NCBI GenBank assembly: GCA_050246755.1
Contig: JBFWVL010000001.1
Location: 384,001 to 448,000 of the forward strand
Length of the DNA stretch: 64,000 nt
Origin: Bacteriovoracia bacterium
Lineage (GTDB): Bacteria; Bdellovibrionota; UBA1018; CAIPTA01
Reading direction: 5' to 3'
Below, one piece after another: positions 9,880 through 20,435 of this stretch (within the stretch, counting starts at the first letter, position 1; every line of letters starts with the position of its first letter). Both the position numbers and the translations under genes were made by a program. Below the pieces are notes generated by a model that was not told the DNA's origin, did no database searches, and saw only the letters and a list, made by a program, of their open reading frames with translations.

Positions 9880-11043
9880 ATGGGCCGGAAATCGCAAAAA
9901 CCATTGCTGACGATTTTCCTCGTAGTTTTTTTCGACCTCCTCGCCTTTGGCATCGTAATTCCCATTCTCCCCTATTATTCCAAGACCTTCGGCGCCTCGG
10001 CCTTGGAGCTAGGTTGGCTGATGGCCGCCTATAGCATCGCCCAATTCGCTTTTTCACCGTTTTGGGGAGGCCTCTCGGACCGAATTGGTCGGCGCCCGGT
10101 TCTTCTCCTCACTATCCTCGCCGGCGCTTGCAGTATGGTGGCCACCGCCCTGGCCGGCAGCTACCTAATGCTTTTTTTCGCCCGCCTAGCAGCTGGTGCC
10201 TTCGCGGCGAATATTTCCACGGCCAGCGCCTACATCGCCGACATCACTCCGCCCGAAGACCGCGCCAAGGGCATGGGAATTATCGGCGCGAGCTTCGGCC
10301 TTGGCTTTATTTTTGGGCCGGCCATCGGCGGAATATTTTCTGTTTATGGCTACGCCACCCCCATCCTCATGGCGGCCGCCCTCGGGCTAGCTAATTTCTT
10401 TTTCGCCTATTTCGTGCTCGCCGAATCAGCCGAGCATCGGGAGCCAAGCGGGAAGAAACTCTCCTCCGCAAATATCGATGCCACCTTTTCAAGCGCCGCC
10501 ACGGCGATTCCCGTGGGCTTATTTTTTCTCAACACTCTCGCTTTTACCCAGCTCGAGGTAGTTTTTGGGCTCTTCGTGCTCATGCGTTTCGGCTTCGACG
10601 CTCTTCACGCCGGCTGGCTCCTCGCCGGAATCGGCGTAGTCAGCGCGATTCTCCAGGGCGGACTCATCGGGCGGCTGGCCAAAAAATTCGGGGAAAGAAA
10701 TTTACTAGTCGTGGGTTTTCTCCTGCTGGCCCTCTCCCTCGTGGGCGCAGCCTTCGCCCCCCGCCCCGAAATTTTTATGGTTTCGCTCTTCTTCCTTGCC
10801 GTTGGGAGCGGGCTCGTGAATCCCTCGCTTTCTAGCCTGGTATCGAAGGGCGCTCCCATTTCCCGCCGTGGAAGCGTGATGGGAGTTTATCAGAGCGCGG
10901 GATCTCTCTCCCGGGTCCTCGGCCCACCGGCGGCAGGCTTTCTTTTCGATCGCCTGGGGCCTAGCAGTCCGCTGCTTTTATCAGCCGCAATTATGGGAGC
11001 CGGGCTGATCGGCGCGCTCCTCGGCCGGAGAAAACTCGCTTGA
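9880..11043 (+). CDS. MFS transporter, TetA/DHA1-like
   Basis: GGLSDRIGRRP motif A, GLGFIFGPAIGG motif C, about 12 TM. Confidence 0.9.
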   Translation: MGRKSQKPLLTIFLVVFFDLLAFGIVIPILPYYSKTFGASALELGWLMAAYSIAQFAFSPFWGGLSDRIGRRPVLLLTILAGACSMVATALAGSYLMLFFARLAAGAFAANISTASAYIADITPPEDRAKGMGIIGASFGLGFIFGPAIGGIFSVYGYATPILMAAALGLANFFFAYFVLAESAEHREPSGKKLSSANIDATFSSAATAIPVGLFFLNTLAFTQLEVVFGLFVLMRFGFDALHAGWLLAGIGVVSAILQGGLIGRLAKKFGERNLLVVGFLLLALSLVGAAFAPRPEIFMVSLFFLAVGSGLVNPSLSSLVSKGAPISRRGSVMGVYQSAGSLSRVLGPPAAGFLFDRLGPSSPLLLSAAIMGAGLIGALLGRRKLA

Positions 11044-12062
11044 GCTTTCCCGAGCTTATTTTTTTAGAGCAACTACTGGATAGCCTGAAAGATAGTGCGC
11101 GTATCCAGCAATGGGCTACCACGGCGCACGGTCGCGAAAGATTCCCTCTCTATTCCATCTGCATCGGCAGCCAGGCGCCGGAAGCGCCTACGCTCGCCCT
11201 GATTGGCGGAGTGCATGGCCAGGAAAAAATTGGCACCCAAGTGGTATTGTCTTACTTGGAGACACTCACTGAGCTCCTCGGGTGGGACGAAATCACGCAC
11301 GATATCCTGCAAAAGGTGCGCGTTGCTTTTTATCCCATCGTTAACCCCGTGGGAATGTCTATGCTGCGGAGAGGAAATGGAAATCGCGTGGACCTCATGC
11401 GCAATGCTCCGTTCGATCGCCCCGGAACAACGCTCTTCGTGGGAGGCCAGCGGCTATCGCGCTTTCTACCCTGGTATCGCGGGAAAGCGGGAGCCCCGAT
11501 GGAAGTGGAATCCAGTGCCCTCTGCGATTTCGTAAGGAAGGAAGTTTTCCCTTCCCGCAATGCGATCTCGCTCGATTGCCATTCTGGCTACGGCACCGTA
11601 GACCGGCTCTGGTTTCCCTATAGCCACACGAAAAAACCATTTCCCCAGCTGGCCGAAGTATTCGGCCTAAAAAATATGCTGGACCGCACTTACCCCAATC
11701 ACGTGTACGTAGTGGAACCGGGCGCCGAGGCTTATACGATTCAGGGAGACATCTGGGACTACCTATACGAAGAACATCGCGCTAGTCTCTCGCCCGCGAA
11801 AAGTTTTTTGCCGCTCACCCTGGAAATGGGTTCCTGGCTCTGGCTGAAAAAAAATCCAATCCAGCTCTTTTCTCCGCTAGGCTTATTTCAACCCATGCAG
11901 ATCCACCGCCACAAAAGGATTTTACGCCGTCACCTAGCCTTGCTCGATTTTCTTCAGCGCGCCGTCTTGGCTCCGACCCGCTGGGCCACCCTCGAAGCCG
12001 AGGAAAAAAATCTGCTTGAAGGCCAAGCAAAGGAATACTGGGGATTCGGGGACCGCGCATGA
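11040..12062 (+). CDS. M14-family zinc carboxypeptidase-like protein
   Basis: HGQE, NPVG...RGNGNRVDLMRN, DCHSG, TLEMG; TTG start overlapping the MFS stop. Confidence 0.82.
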   Translation: MSFPELIFLEQLLDSLKDSARIQQWATTAHGRERFPLYSICIGSQAPEAPTLALIGGVHGQEKIGTQVVLSYLETLTELLGWDEITHDILQKVRVAFYPIVNPVGMSMLRRGNGNRVDLMRNAPFDRPGTTLFVGGQRLSRFLPWYRGKAGAPMEVESSALCDFVRKEVFPSRNAISLDCHSGYGTVDRLWFPYSHTKKPFPQLAEVFGLKNMLDRTYPNHVYVVEPGAEAYTIQGDIWDYLYEEHRASLSPAKSFLPLTLEMGSWLWLKKNPIQLFSPLGLFQPMQIHRHKRILRRHLALLDFLQRAVLAPTRWATLEAEEKNLLEGQAKEYWGFGDRA

Positions 12063-12805
12063 AAAGCCAAAGCTGGTTCTTTCTCCGCGGGTTAGTACGC
12101 GAATCGGCGCACTGGGGAGAATTTCTCGCGCGCTTCGCCGAAGCGTTCCCTCAAAAGAAAATAGTTCTGCTGGACTTGCCTGGCAGCGGCGCCCATTTTC
12201 GCCAGCGCAGCCCCACCGAGATGCGGTCGGTGGTGAGCGCGCTGCGGGAAGATTTTTTGCGGGAAAGAAACGAAGAGAATTATTTTTTCGCCGTTTCCCT
12301 CGGCGCAATGGTGGGGGTGGATTGGATGCAGCGGTATCCCGGCGATTTTGCGGGTGGTATTTTGGTAAATACCTCGCTTCGCGGCTTCAGCCCCTTTTAC
12401 CGCCGTTTTCGCCCCGGAATCTACCCGGCCTGCCTGAGGATTCTCACCGCCCCTTCCCGGGTTGCCCAAGAGCGCGCCATCCTGGCAATGACCAGCACGC
12501 GTTTCGATCTTCACCTTAAACTCGCGCAGGACTGGGCCGAGATCTCCGCGGCGCGCCCGGTGAGCAGGATGAATGCCCTGCGGCAGCTGTGGGCGGCGGC
12601 GCGATTTCTGCCCGCCCCGGCGAGGCCGCCCATGAAGCTATTATTGCTGAATAGCCTGGGAGACAGGCTCTGTTCGCCTTCTTGTTCCGAAGAAATAGCA
12701 AAGCGATGGAATATAGAATTAAAATCACACCCTTCGGCGGGTCACGACCTCACGTTGGACGACCCAACCTGGGTGATAGAAAAAATTCGAGGCTGGTCTA
12801 CTTAG
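12059..12805 (+). CDS. Alpha/beta hydrolase
   Basis: LRGL..E..HWG, DLPGSG, VSLGAM nucleophile elbow, GHDL; ATGA overlap. Confidence 0.85.
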   Translation: MKSQSWFFLRGLVRESAHWGEFLARFAEAFPQKKIVLLDLPGSGAHFRQRSPTEMRSVVSALREDFLRERNEENYFFAVSLGAMVGVDWMQRYPGDFAGGILVNTSLRGFSPFYRRFRPGIYPACLRILTAPSRVAQERAILAMTSTRFDLHLKLAQDWAEISAARPVSRMNALRQLWAAARFLPAPARPPMKLLLLNSLGDRLCSPSCSEEIAKRWNIELKSHPSAGHDLTLDDPTWVIEKIRGWST

Positions 12806-13703
12806 GGAAAACGAGAACGTCGACGAAGAGCGCGATGAAGAGCAGAAACAAATAAAGTATGGAAGTCCAAAAAAGTTTCTTCGCATCGCTACGTTCATTC
12901 GTGCGCAAGAATTTTACGGTGCGCCACAGGTAGATGCCGCCCAATACTCCGGCCGAAATAAAATAGAAGCGCCCATTGGTTCCGAGGAAATACGGAATTA
13001 CCGAAACCGGTAAAAGCAAAATCGTGTAGAGCATGATTTCAATCCGGGTGCGCTGATCGCCGTGCGTAACGGGCAGCATCGGCACCTTCGCCGCACGGTA
13101 TTCATCCTGAATGGCGATGGCGAGCGCCCAGAAATGCGGGGGCGTCCAAAGAAATACCACGAGGAAAAGAACCCAAGCCAAGGCCGAAATATGGCCCGTA
13201 GCCGCCGCCCAGCCGATCAGGGGAGCAGTGGCGCCGGCCGCTCCGCCGATCACGATATTGTAGGGAGTACGGCGCTTGAGCCAGAGGGTATAAATTCCCA
13301 CGTAGAAAGCGATGGTAAAAAAACTCCAGAAAGCGGCCACCCAATTGGCGGCGATCCAATAATAGCCGATGGCGAAAGTGCCGATCACGATCCCAAAAAT
13401 AGCGGCGTGCTGCGGGCTAATTTTGTGCAAAGGAATCGGGCGGCGGCGCTTCGTGCGGTCCATCAGGGAATCGATATCGCGATCGAAATACATATTGAGG
13501 GCATTCGCGGAACCCGCCGTGCAACCCATGGCCAGCATCACGAGCAGGAGCTTCATCGGCTGCGCGAGGAGCGAGCCTTCCACCACGATGGCGGCAAAAC
13601 CGGTCACTAAAAATAATAAAACGATCGTGGGTTTAGTGAGGCTTACGTAGGCGGAAATTCGGTTTGTCACTCCCCTATGGATACCGGAAAAGCGCAGGTG
13701 CAT
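12798..13703 (-). CDS. ctaB: Protoheme IX farnesyltransferase (heme O synthase)
   Basis: LTKP, NMYFDRDIDSLMDRTKRRRPIP, WTPPHFWAL. Confidence 0.95.
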   Translation of the reverse strand: MHLRFSGIHRGVTNRISAYVSLTKPTIVLLFLVTGFAAIVVEGSLLAQPMKLLLVMLAMGCTAGSANALNMYFDRDIDSLMDRTKRRRPIPLHKISPQHAAIFGIVIGTFAIGYYWIAANWVAAFWSFFTIAFYVGIYTLWLKRRTPYNIVIGGAAGATAPLIGWAAATGHISALAWVLFLVVFLWTPPHFWALAIAIQDEYRAAKVPMLPVTHGDQRTRIEIMLYTILLLPVSVIPYFLGTNGRFYFISAGVLGGIYLWRTVKFLRTNERSDAKKLFWTSILYLFLLFIALFVDVLVFPK

Positions 13704-13712
13704 CCAGAGAAA

Positions 13713-14612
13713 TCAAAGTTGCCGCGAGGCGGCCGAATAGACGAAACCAACGAAAGAAATCCACAATAGATTGGCGCAAAAGAGGTGGATGATTTGAAGC
13801 GGAATAGGCGCCAAAAACAAAATATTCGTCATGCCGATCCCGATATTCAGGAAAGCAAACGAGGCTACCGCGATGCCCAATTTTTTGAGCTCGGGGTATT
13901 GTTGCCACAATTTCACCACCCAGCTCCAGGCGAGAAACGTCCAGGACACGGCGATGAGCGGATGAATGATCCGGATTCTCTCGAGAAAATGCCGGCGGCC
14001 GTCGAAGTCGGCGGCAAAGCCCGCGCTCAGGCTCGTAGCGGGAAAGAGGGTATCGCCGAGCGCCGCCATGGCTCCCATGGCTCCCAGCAGAGCGAATCCC
14101 GCGAGCAATCCGTTGGCCCAGCGAAAATTGGATCTTTCTTTCCAGCGCCACCGGGGATTTTGGGCGGTGGCGCTAAGCACCGTCACGGTGAGAGCGCCCA
14201 AAAGCAATAAAGTATTTACTAAATGAAGCGAGATCGAGAACACGCGATCAATCGATTTATCGTGCTCCACGAGTCGTGCCAGCACCAATACCGCCCCAAT
14301 CAGGGCCTCGAGTACAATGGCCAGGGCGCTCCAGCCGGCGGCTTTGCGCTGGAAGCTTCCGCGCGGAAATAGCCAAAGCGTCCAGAGGGCGAGACCAAGC
14401 ACCAAGAGCAATGATATACCGGAGCTGAGGCGGTGGGAATATTCGATCATCGTTTGGATCCGCTGCTCGCGCGGAATCACCACACCGTTGCAAAGCGGCC
14501 AGTGCTGCCCGCAACCCGCGCCCGAGCCGGAAGCGCGGACGTAAGCGCCCCAGAGGATCACCCCCACGCAGTAGATAAGCGTGAACTTGGCGAACCTCAG
14601 GTAGTTTTGCAT
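13713..14612 (-). CDS. ctaA: Heme A synthase, COX15/CtaA family
   Basis: GSGAGCGQHWPLCNG, EYSHR and conserved His residues. Confidence 0.9.
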   Translation of the reverse strand: MQNYLRFAKFTLIYCVGVILWGAYVRASGSGAGCGQHWPLCNGVVIPREQRIQTMIEYSHRLSSGISLLLVLGLALWTLWLFPRGSFQRKAAGWSALAIVLEALIGAVLVLARLVEHDKSIDRVFSISLHLVNTLLLLGALTVTVLSATAQNPRWRWKERSNFRWANGLLAGFALLGAMGAMAALGDTLFPATSLSAGFAADFDGRRHFLERIRIIHPLIAVSWTFLAWSWVVKLWQQYPELKKLGIAVASFAFLNIGIGMTNILFLAPIPLQIIHLFCANLLWISFVGFVYSAASRQL

Positions 14613-14637
14613 AAAGAATTTTTCTTACGCTTCCCGG

Positions 14638-15453
14638 CTAGTTTTGGTTCATGCGATCGATCGCAAAATCCAAGGGCAAGGCCACCTTGGGCGCCCCGCC
14701 CCCGCCTTCGCCGATACCATCTTCCTTCATGGCGGCGGCAAACTGCGCGTCGCCCTTGCTTGCGGATTGGATATCGGGAGTCATGGTATGGAGGAAGTGA
14801 ATGAGCGCCACGCGATCCTGGGCGGGCAGTGCCTTATAGGACGCCATGCCGGATCCCGGGATTCCGTATAGCAACGTTACGTACATTGCCTTGGCGGAGG
14901 TTCCGTTTTTCCACTCGGCGGCACCGGCGTGGAAATTTCTCGGCTTCGGATTGAGAGCGGCACCGCCAGCGCCATCTCCCTTACCTTCGGCGCCGTGGCA
15001 AACGGCGCAGTTCACGTTAAAAAGCTCTTTTCCGTGCGCCACCAACTCAGGCGAGCTCACCAAAAGCTTATTGAGGTCTTCCACGCTCAGGGCCGCGGCC
15101 ACGGACTTCACCGTCACGGGCGTATATTTTTCCCGCGTCCATAAATCCCCGGCGGTGATCGTGATCATGATCGTGAAGGCCACGAAGGAGCTGAGAATAT
15201 ACGCACGGTTTAGGTTCGTATCGTATTTGAGGCCCATGAAGAACATAAGAACGAGCGTGGCTTTCGCCAGGGCGATGCCCATGGAAACGAAAATATTAAA
15301 CCTTCCCACGTCCACGTAGGAAGCGCCCACCGTGAGCACGGTGAGGATCAAGAGCGCGATGATGGTTTTCACGTACACCGAAAGCGGCACTAGGTGATGA
15401 CCGTGGTGCCCGCCCGAATCGTGTTGATGACTATCGTTATGATTGTTTGCCAT
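14638..15453 (-). CDS. Cytochrome c oxidase subunit IV fused to a C-terminal class I cytochrome c
   Basis: 3 TM with IALAKATLVLMFFMGLKY, followed by CAVCHG...GSGMASY. Confidence 0.85.
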   Translation of the reverse strand: MANNHNDSHQHDSGGHHGHHLVPLSVYVKTIIALLILTVLTVGASYVDVGRFNIFVSMGIALAKATLVLMFFMGLKYDTNLNRAYILSSFVAFTIMITITAGDLWTREKYTPVTVKSVAAALSVEDLNKLLVSSPELVAHGKELFNVNCAVCHGAEGKGDGAGGAALNPKPRNFHAGAAEWKNGTSAKAMYVTLLYGIPGSGMASYKALPAQDRVALIHFLHTMTPDIQSASKGDAQFAAAMKEDGIGEGGGGAPKVALPLDFAIDRMNQN

Positions 15454-15462
15454 GCTTTATCC

Positions 15463-16104
15463 TCAAACCACTAAGTAAAGGAGCGGGAACAAGAAGATCC
15501 AAATTAAATCCACGATGTGCCAGTACAGGCCCACGAATTCCACGGGAGCGAACTGGCGCGAGTTGAATTCTCCCTTGCTCATGCGGGCCCAAACCCAGGC
15601 AATGGCGCCCATGCCGATCAAAACGTGAATCCCGTGCAATCCCGTCATCACGAAATAGAAAGAATAAAAAAGAGGAATATTGGCGGCCTTGAAGCCTTCC
15701 GCGTGGAAAAAATTCCCGGGCAGGATTCCGTGGTGGATCTTCTCGCTGTACTCGAAATATTTGATCACCAAGAAAGTACAGGCGCAGAGGAAGGTTATCA
15801 CCAGCATCGCCTTGGACTTTCCGCGCTGATCACGCTGAATGAAAGCGATCGCGAGGGCCATGGTGAGAGAGCTCAGGAGCAGAACCACGGTATTGATCGC
15901 GCCCATTACCTTATTCAGGTGGTGATGCGCTTCCCGAAACATCTCGGGATAAAGGTAGTGGAAGAGACCATAGCCGGCGAAGAGCACGCCGAACAACATC
16001 ACTTCGGTCACCAAGAAAAGCCACATTCCCAATTTCCCGGCCTCGAACTCATGCTCGATGCTTTGAAAATGGTGCGCGTGGTCTGCGTGTCCGTGATCGC
16101 TCAT
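15463..16104 (-). CDS. ctaE: Cytochrome c oxidase subunit III
   Basis: GMWLFLVTEVMLF, TGLHGIHV, YWHIVDLIW. Confidence 0.93.
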   Translation of the reverse strand: MSDHGHADHAHHFQSIEHEFEAGKLGMWLFLVTEVMLFGVLFAGYGLFHYLYPEMFREAHHHLNKVMGAINTVVLLLSSLTMALAIAFIQRDQRGKSKAMLVITFLCACTFLVIKYFEYSEKIHHGILPGNFFHAEGFKAANIPLFYSFYFVMTGLHGIHVLIGMGAIAWVWARMSKGEFNSRQFAPVEFVGLYWHIVDLIWIFLFPLLYLVV

Positions 16105-16159
16105 TTCTCTATCCTTTCTTTCCCCACCCGAAACTCAGGTGAGTGCGTTCATCCTAAAG

Positions 16160-17752
16160 TTAAACGCCGTATTCGTAGGGGCCCGCGCTTACGGTTGGGG
16201 TATGTGCGAAATTTTCCAGTACGGGCGGCGATTCCGCGGCCCATTCCAAAGTTTTGCCGTGCCAAGGGTTCATCGGCGCCTTTGCTCCACGCTTGATGCT
16301 AATGAGCACGTTCGCGATAATCAGCAGGATGCCGATAGCGATGCCCCAAGATCCCACCGTAGAGATCAAGTTCCAGATCGCATACATGGGATCATAGTCA
16401 TGATAACGACGGGTCATGCCGTTGATACCAGCCACGAACTGGGCCAGGAAGGTTACGTTGAAGCCAATGATGAAAAACCAGAAGCTCACTTTTCCCCAGA
16501 ACTCGTTGTACATTTTTCCGGTCATTTTCGGGAACCAATAGAAAATTCCCGAGAAGAGCGCGATCGCGGCGCCGCCCATCATCACGTAGTGGAAATGCGC
16601 CACCACGAAATAGGTATCGTGGAAGTGGATGTCGGCGGAGAGAGTGCCGAGAATAATACCGGTGATCCCGCCGATGCCGAAGGTGAAAAGAAATCCCAGG
16701 GCGTAGAGCATGGGCGTGGCGAGATTTACCGATCCTTTATATAGAGTGGCCAGCCAGTTGAACATCTTCACCGCGCTCGGTACGGCCGTAGCCATCGTGA
16801 GCAGAGAGAAAATAAAGTTGGAGAGCACGCTCTGTCCGCTGGTGAACATATGGTGCCCCCATACGAGGAAGCTCACGAGCGCGAGGCCAAGCGAAGAGTA
16901 AGCAACCGCGCGGTAGCCGAAGATCGTCTTCTGCGACATCGTGGCAATCACTTCCGAGATAATTCCCATGCCGGGAAGAATCATGATGTAAACGGCCGGG
17001 TGAGAATAGAACCAGAAGAAGTGCTGAAAAAGCACCGGATCTCCGCCAAACCGGGGATCAAAAAAACCGATTCCAGCCACTCGCTCCACGATGAGGAGCA
17101 CAAGGGTAATCCCGATTACGGGAGTGGCCAATACTTGCAAAATACTGGTGCTATAAATAGCCCAAACGAAAAGGGGCAAGCGGAAGAAGGTCATGCCCGG
17201 GCAACGAAGCGTATGCACGGTTACGATGAAGTTCAGCCCCGTTAGAATGGACGCGAATCCCATGAAGAATACGCCGGTCACCATGCTGATCACGCTGGCG
17301 CCGGTACGAATGGAATAAGGAGTATAGAAGGTCCATCCAGTGTCCGCGCCGGGACCACTCAAGATCCCGTATAGGTTAATCGCCATCCCTAAAATGAGAA
17401 GGTAGTAGCTCAATAAGTTCAGCCGCGGAAAAGCCACGTCTTTTGCCCCGATCATGAGCGGCAGGAAAAAGTTCCCGAGGGCTCCGGGAATCGCCGGAAT
17501 GATGAACCAGAACACCATCACCGCGCCGTGAAGCGTAAAGAGGCGATTATACGTATTGGCGTCGAAAAATTGCTGCCCGGGAAACATCAGCTCGAGCCGC
17601 ACGAGCAGCGCGAACACCCCGCCCACGCAGAGGGAAAGCATGGTCGTATAGAAGTAAAGCAAACCGATACGCTTGTGATCGAGGGTGATCAACCAGCTCT
17701 TGATGCTATTGCCGCCGGCTTCGTAGAAATTAATATTTGGTAGAGCAGACAT
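16160..17752 (-). CDS. ctaD: Cytochrome c oxidase subunit I (type A2)
   Basis: [15 protein letters not shown] (YS motif), WGHHM, VVAHFHY. Confidence 0.97.
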   Translation of the reverse strand: MSALPNINFYEAGGNSIKSWLITLDHKRIGLLYFYTTMLSLCVGGVFALLVRLELMFPGQQFFDANTYNRLFTLHGAVMVFWFIIPAIPGALGNFFLPLMIGAKDVAFPRLNLLSYYLLILGMAINLYGILSGPGADTGWTFYTPYSIRTGASVISMVTGVFFMGFASILTGLNFIVTVHTLRCPGMTFFRLPLFVWAIYSTSILQVLATPVIGITLVLLIVERVAGIGFFDPRFGGDPVLFQHFFWFYSHPAVYIMILPGMGIISEVIATMSQKTIFGYRAVAYSSLGLALVSFLVWGHHMFTSGQSVLSNFIFSLLTMATAVPSAVKMFNWLATLYKGSVNLATPMLYALGFLFTFGIGGITGIILGTLSADIHFHDTYFVVAHFHYVMMGGAAIALFSGIFYWFPKMTGKMYNEFWGKVSFWFFIIGFNVTFLAQFVAGINGMTRRYHDYDPMYAIWNLISTVGSWGIAIGILLIIANVLISIKRGAKAPMNPWHGKTLEWAAESPPVLENFAHTPTVSAGPYEYGV

Positions 17753-17767
17753 AAAATCCTCGCGATC

Positions 17768-18757
17768 TCACTTAAGCGTTTTCAGATACGCAATCAATTG
17801 GTTCACTTCTTCGTCCGAAAGCATGCCGCGGAACGTGGGCATGGCCGGCGCAAATCCTTTTACGATCTTCTTCATGGGGTCCATGATCGATTCGCGGATA
17901 TAGTTTTCGTCCGCCTTCACTTTCGTGCCGCCGATTAGCTCCACTTCGCTGCCAAATACGCCCTTCAGGCTGGGGCCGATAAGCGGAGATCCATTGATGG
18001 TATGGCAGGTAACGCAGGTTTTCGATTTGAATACCAAGGCCCCTTGCTCGGCCATCGACAGCTGGGGAGAATCCTTGGCCACCTCGAGCATCGGCGCCGA
18101 AGCCAGGCGGGCCGGTGGGACGTAAAGACCTTCCAGCCAGTTCTTGAAATCTTCGGGCTCGAGCACGTAAACGCGGCCGATCATTTTTGAGTGGGCCGTG
18201 CCGCAATATTCGGCGCAGAAGATGTGGAACTCGCCGGTCTTGGTGGGCGTGAAGTAAAGCACCGTGAATTGGCCGGGCACCGTATCCTGCTTGGTGCGGA
18301 ATTCGGGGATGAAGAAAGAGTGGAGCACGTCCTTGGAAGTCATTACCAACTTGATGGCGCGCCCGCGAGGTACATAAAGTTCGTTTGTGAGAGTTTTTCC
18401 GTTGGCGTACTGGATCTGCCAATTCCACTGCTGGCCGATCACGTTGATTTCGTACTGATCCATTTGCGGGCTAACCATGTAGGAATAGTCGCGCCAGCCC
18501 CAGATGAAAAACACTGCCACCCAAATCGAGATCGCGAAGATACCGAGAAATTCTACGAGATAGTTACCGGGAAGATAGGCAACTTTTCCGGGCAATTCAC
18601 CTTTCGGGCGGCGATAGCGAAACGTAAAGTACAGCACGGTTCCCATGTAGCCCACGAAGAGCAACACACCGAAGCCGATCGCCACGCTGATGAATGCCTG
18701 GAAGTTATCTGCCGTAATAGCAGCTGCGGGCAGAAAGTTCAGGGCTAGAGAGAACAT
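17768..18757 (-). CDS. ctaC: Cytochrome c oxidase subunit II with C-terminal cytochrome c (caa3 type)
   Basis: DVLHSF, CAEYCGTAHSKM CuA motif, CVTCH heme; start MFSLAL behind GGAAAGGA. Confidence 0.93.
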   Translation of the reverse strand: MFSLALNFLPAAAITADNFQAFISVAIGFGVLLFVGYMGTVLYFTFRYRRPKGELPGKVAYLPGNYLVEFLGIFAISIWVAVFFIWGWRDYSYMVSPQMDQYEINVIGQQWNWQIQYANGKTLTNELYVPRGRAIKLVMTSKDVLHSFFIPEFRTKQDTVPGQFTVLYFTPTKTGEFHIFCAEYCGTAHSKMIGRVYVLEPEDFKNWLEGLYVPPARLASAPMLEVAKDSPQLSMAEQGALVFKSKTCVTCHTINGSPLIGPSLKGVFGSEVELIGGTKVKADENYIRESIMDPMKKIVKGFAPAMPTFRGMLSDEEVNQLIAYLKTLK

Positions 18758-19575
18758 GGATTTCCTTTCCTTCGTTCGCGAAGAAACCACAGCAAGTAAG
18801 CCACCAGGAGAGCAAGTACCGTAACCACGCCGCCGATCGAAACCAAGCGCGAAGCCAAGAGCGCGTATTTGTTGTCCTTTGGATCGTAATGATAACAAAA
18901 CAGAACCAGTTTTTCAGCAAAGGTTCCAACTTTTCCTGCGCCCGCCTCCAGAAGCCCGAGCTTAAGGTCACCGGGAGGGAAATCCAGTCCGAGCAGTACG
19001 CGGCTTAACTGGCCGGTGGGCGACGATAAAAATAATGCAGTGCCGTGTGCGTATTGCTTCTCTTCCTCGATCCATTTGTAACGAAAACCCAAGGCGGCGG
19101 CCAAACGCGCCTCGCTTCCGTTCTTGCCCACGAGGAAACTCCAGCCGTCTACCGCTGCCGCCTTAAAATCTTCCCGCTTTACGGATTCGATAATGGATTT
19201 TTTCTTTGCGGCCGCAAGCTCGCTCTTTTCCTTGGGATCGAAGCTAATCGTTACTATTTTGTATTGATGGCCGGGCAGCCAGTTCATCGCTTCGAAGGAA
19301 GCTTTCGCTGCATTTAGCAACATGCCACAGAGCATTGGGCAGCCGTAGTAGTTCAGGATAATCGCTACCGGTCGCTTTCCATCAAAGAACGAAGACAAGC
19401 GCACCGTCTCCCCTTTTTCGTTTAAAAACTCTTCCTCGAGCGGAAGCATGCTGCCGAGGGTGGGAGTTACGGCAATATCCTTCAAGATCTCCGGCTGGGG
19501 CTCGGCCGCGGGAAGATGGCAGGGAAAATAGAACGAAGCTAGTAAGACCAAAATCGGCAGAGCTCGAAAACGCAT
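18745..19575 (-). CDS. SCO1/SenC copper chaperone with C-terminal TM
   Basis: YYGCPMLC, conserved His in QYAHG, LFCYHYDP; RBS GAAGGAG. Confidence 0.9.
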   Translation of the reverse strand: MRFRALPILVLLASFYFPCHLPAAEPQPEILKDIAVTPTLGSMLPLEEEFLNEKGETVRLSSFFDGKRPVAIILNYYGCPMLCGMLLNAAKASFEAMNWLPGHQYKIVTISFDPKEKSELAAAKKKSIIESVKREDFKAAAVDGWSFLVGKNGSEARLAAALGFRYKWIEEEKQYAHGTALFLSSPTGQLSRVLLGLDFPPGDLKLGLLEAGAGKVGTFAEKLVLFCYHYDPKDNKYALLASRLVSIGGVVTVLALLVAYLLWFLRERRKGNPCSL

Positions 19576-19676
19576 CGGATGATCTCCTTCTGACGCAAAT
19601 CTGAAAATCCTTTGGTGCGGCGCCAATCTAACACAAAATTCCCGTCGAGAACTCAGTCATGTTAAGGAAAAGGAGA

Positions 19677-20435
19677 ATGAAACCCACCATCACCTTTCAA
19701 GAAACAGGATTTCTACACAAAGATACGTACGGCAGAGAATTCGAATTCTCTTTCCGTCTTCCGCTCAAGGTAAGGTTTCTCCCCTACCGCAAAAAGATAG
19801 TCCTAAAGAGCAAAACGGCTCAGGTCTCTCTCGAAGGTCTCGATACCGGCGAGCAACGCGGTTTTCTCCTGGAACTCTTCCGCCGCTGGCAGGCGGCTGA
19901 CGCCGAATCGGCGCGAAAAGCCGCTTTTGATTACGCCGAGGATCGTAAAGGATTGTGTGGGCTTATTCTCGCCGTTTGCCTTCTTTTCACCGGCCCTATG
20001 GCCGTTGCCCTACTGAATGATTCTTGGAAACATTCCAGTTGCACGCGAATGCTGGAACAGCCCGTGCAAAATGGGAATATTGAGGTTACGAAGGTGAAAA
20101 AAGAGAAGAAGGGGCAGTATATCCTGAAACTGGCCTTCACCGCTCCGAGCGGCACCGTGATCAAGGGCGAGGAGCGCTGGCTCACCGAAAACGAGAACGA
20201 AATTCCCAAAAGTTTGCCGATTGTCTATTCGGCAACGCAGCCTGAGTGCTGGGCAATGACCACCACCGGAAGTGAGATCAGCTGGGCCAAACGTCGCTAT
20301 TTCTCCACCGTAGCCGGTATGTTCGGGGTCTTCTTTCTTGTGATCACGATTTACGGATTGCTCTGGAGCATCGCCCGGCTCATTTGGCTACCGCCCCACC
20401 GGGAAGAAATAAGGAAGCAGTTTCATTTCAGTTAG
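19677..20435 (+). CDS. Hypothetical two-TM membrane protein in opposite orientation between actF and sco
   Basis: Purine-rich RBS region, two TM segments flanking a Cys-containing loop; fills the gap without overlap. Confidence 0.75.
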   Translation: MKPTITFQETGFLHKDTYGREFEFSFRLPLKVRFLPYRKKIVLKSKTAQVSLEGLDTGEQRGFLLELFRRWQAADAESARKAAFDYAEDRKGLCGLILAVCLLFTGPMAVALLNDSWKHSSCTRMLEQPVQNGNIEVTKVKKEKKGQYILKLAFTAPSGTVIKGEERWLTENENEIPKSLPIVYSATQPECWAMTTTGSEISWAKRRYFSTVAGMFGVFFLVITIYGLLWSIARLIWLPPHREEIRKQFHFS

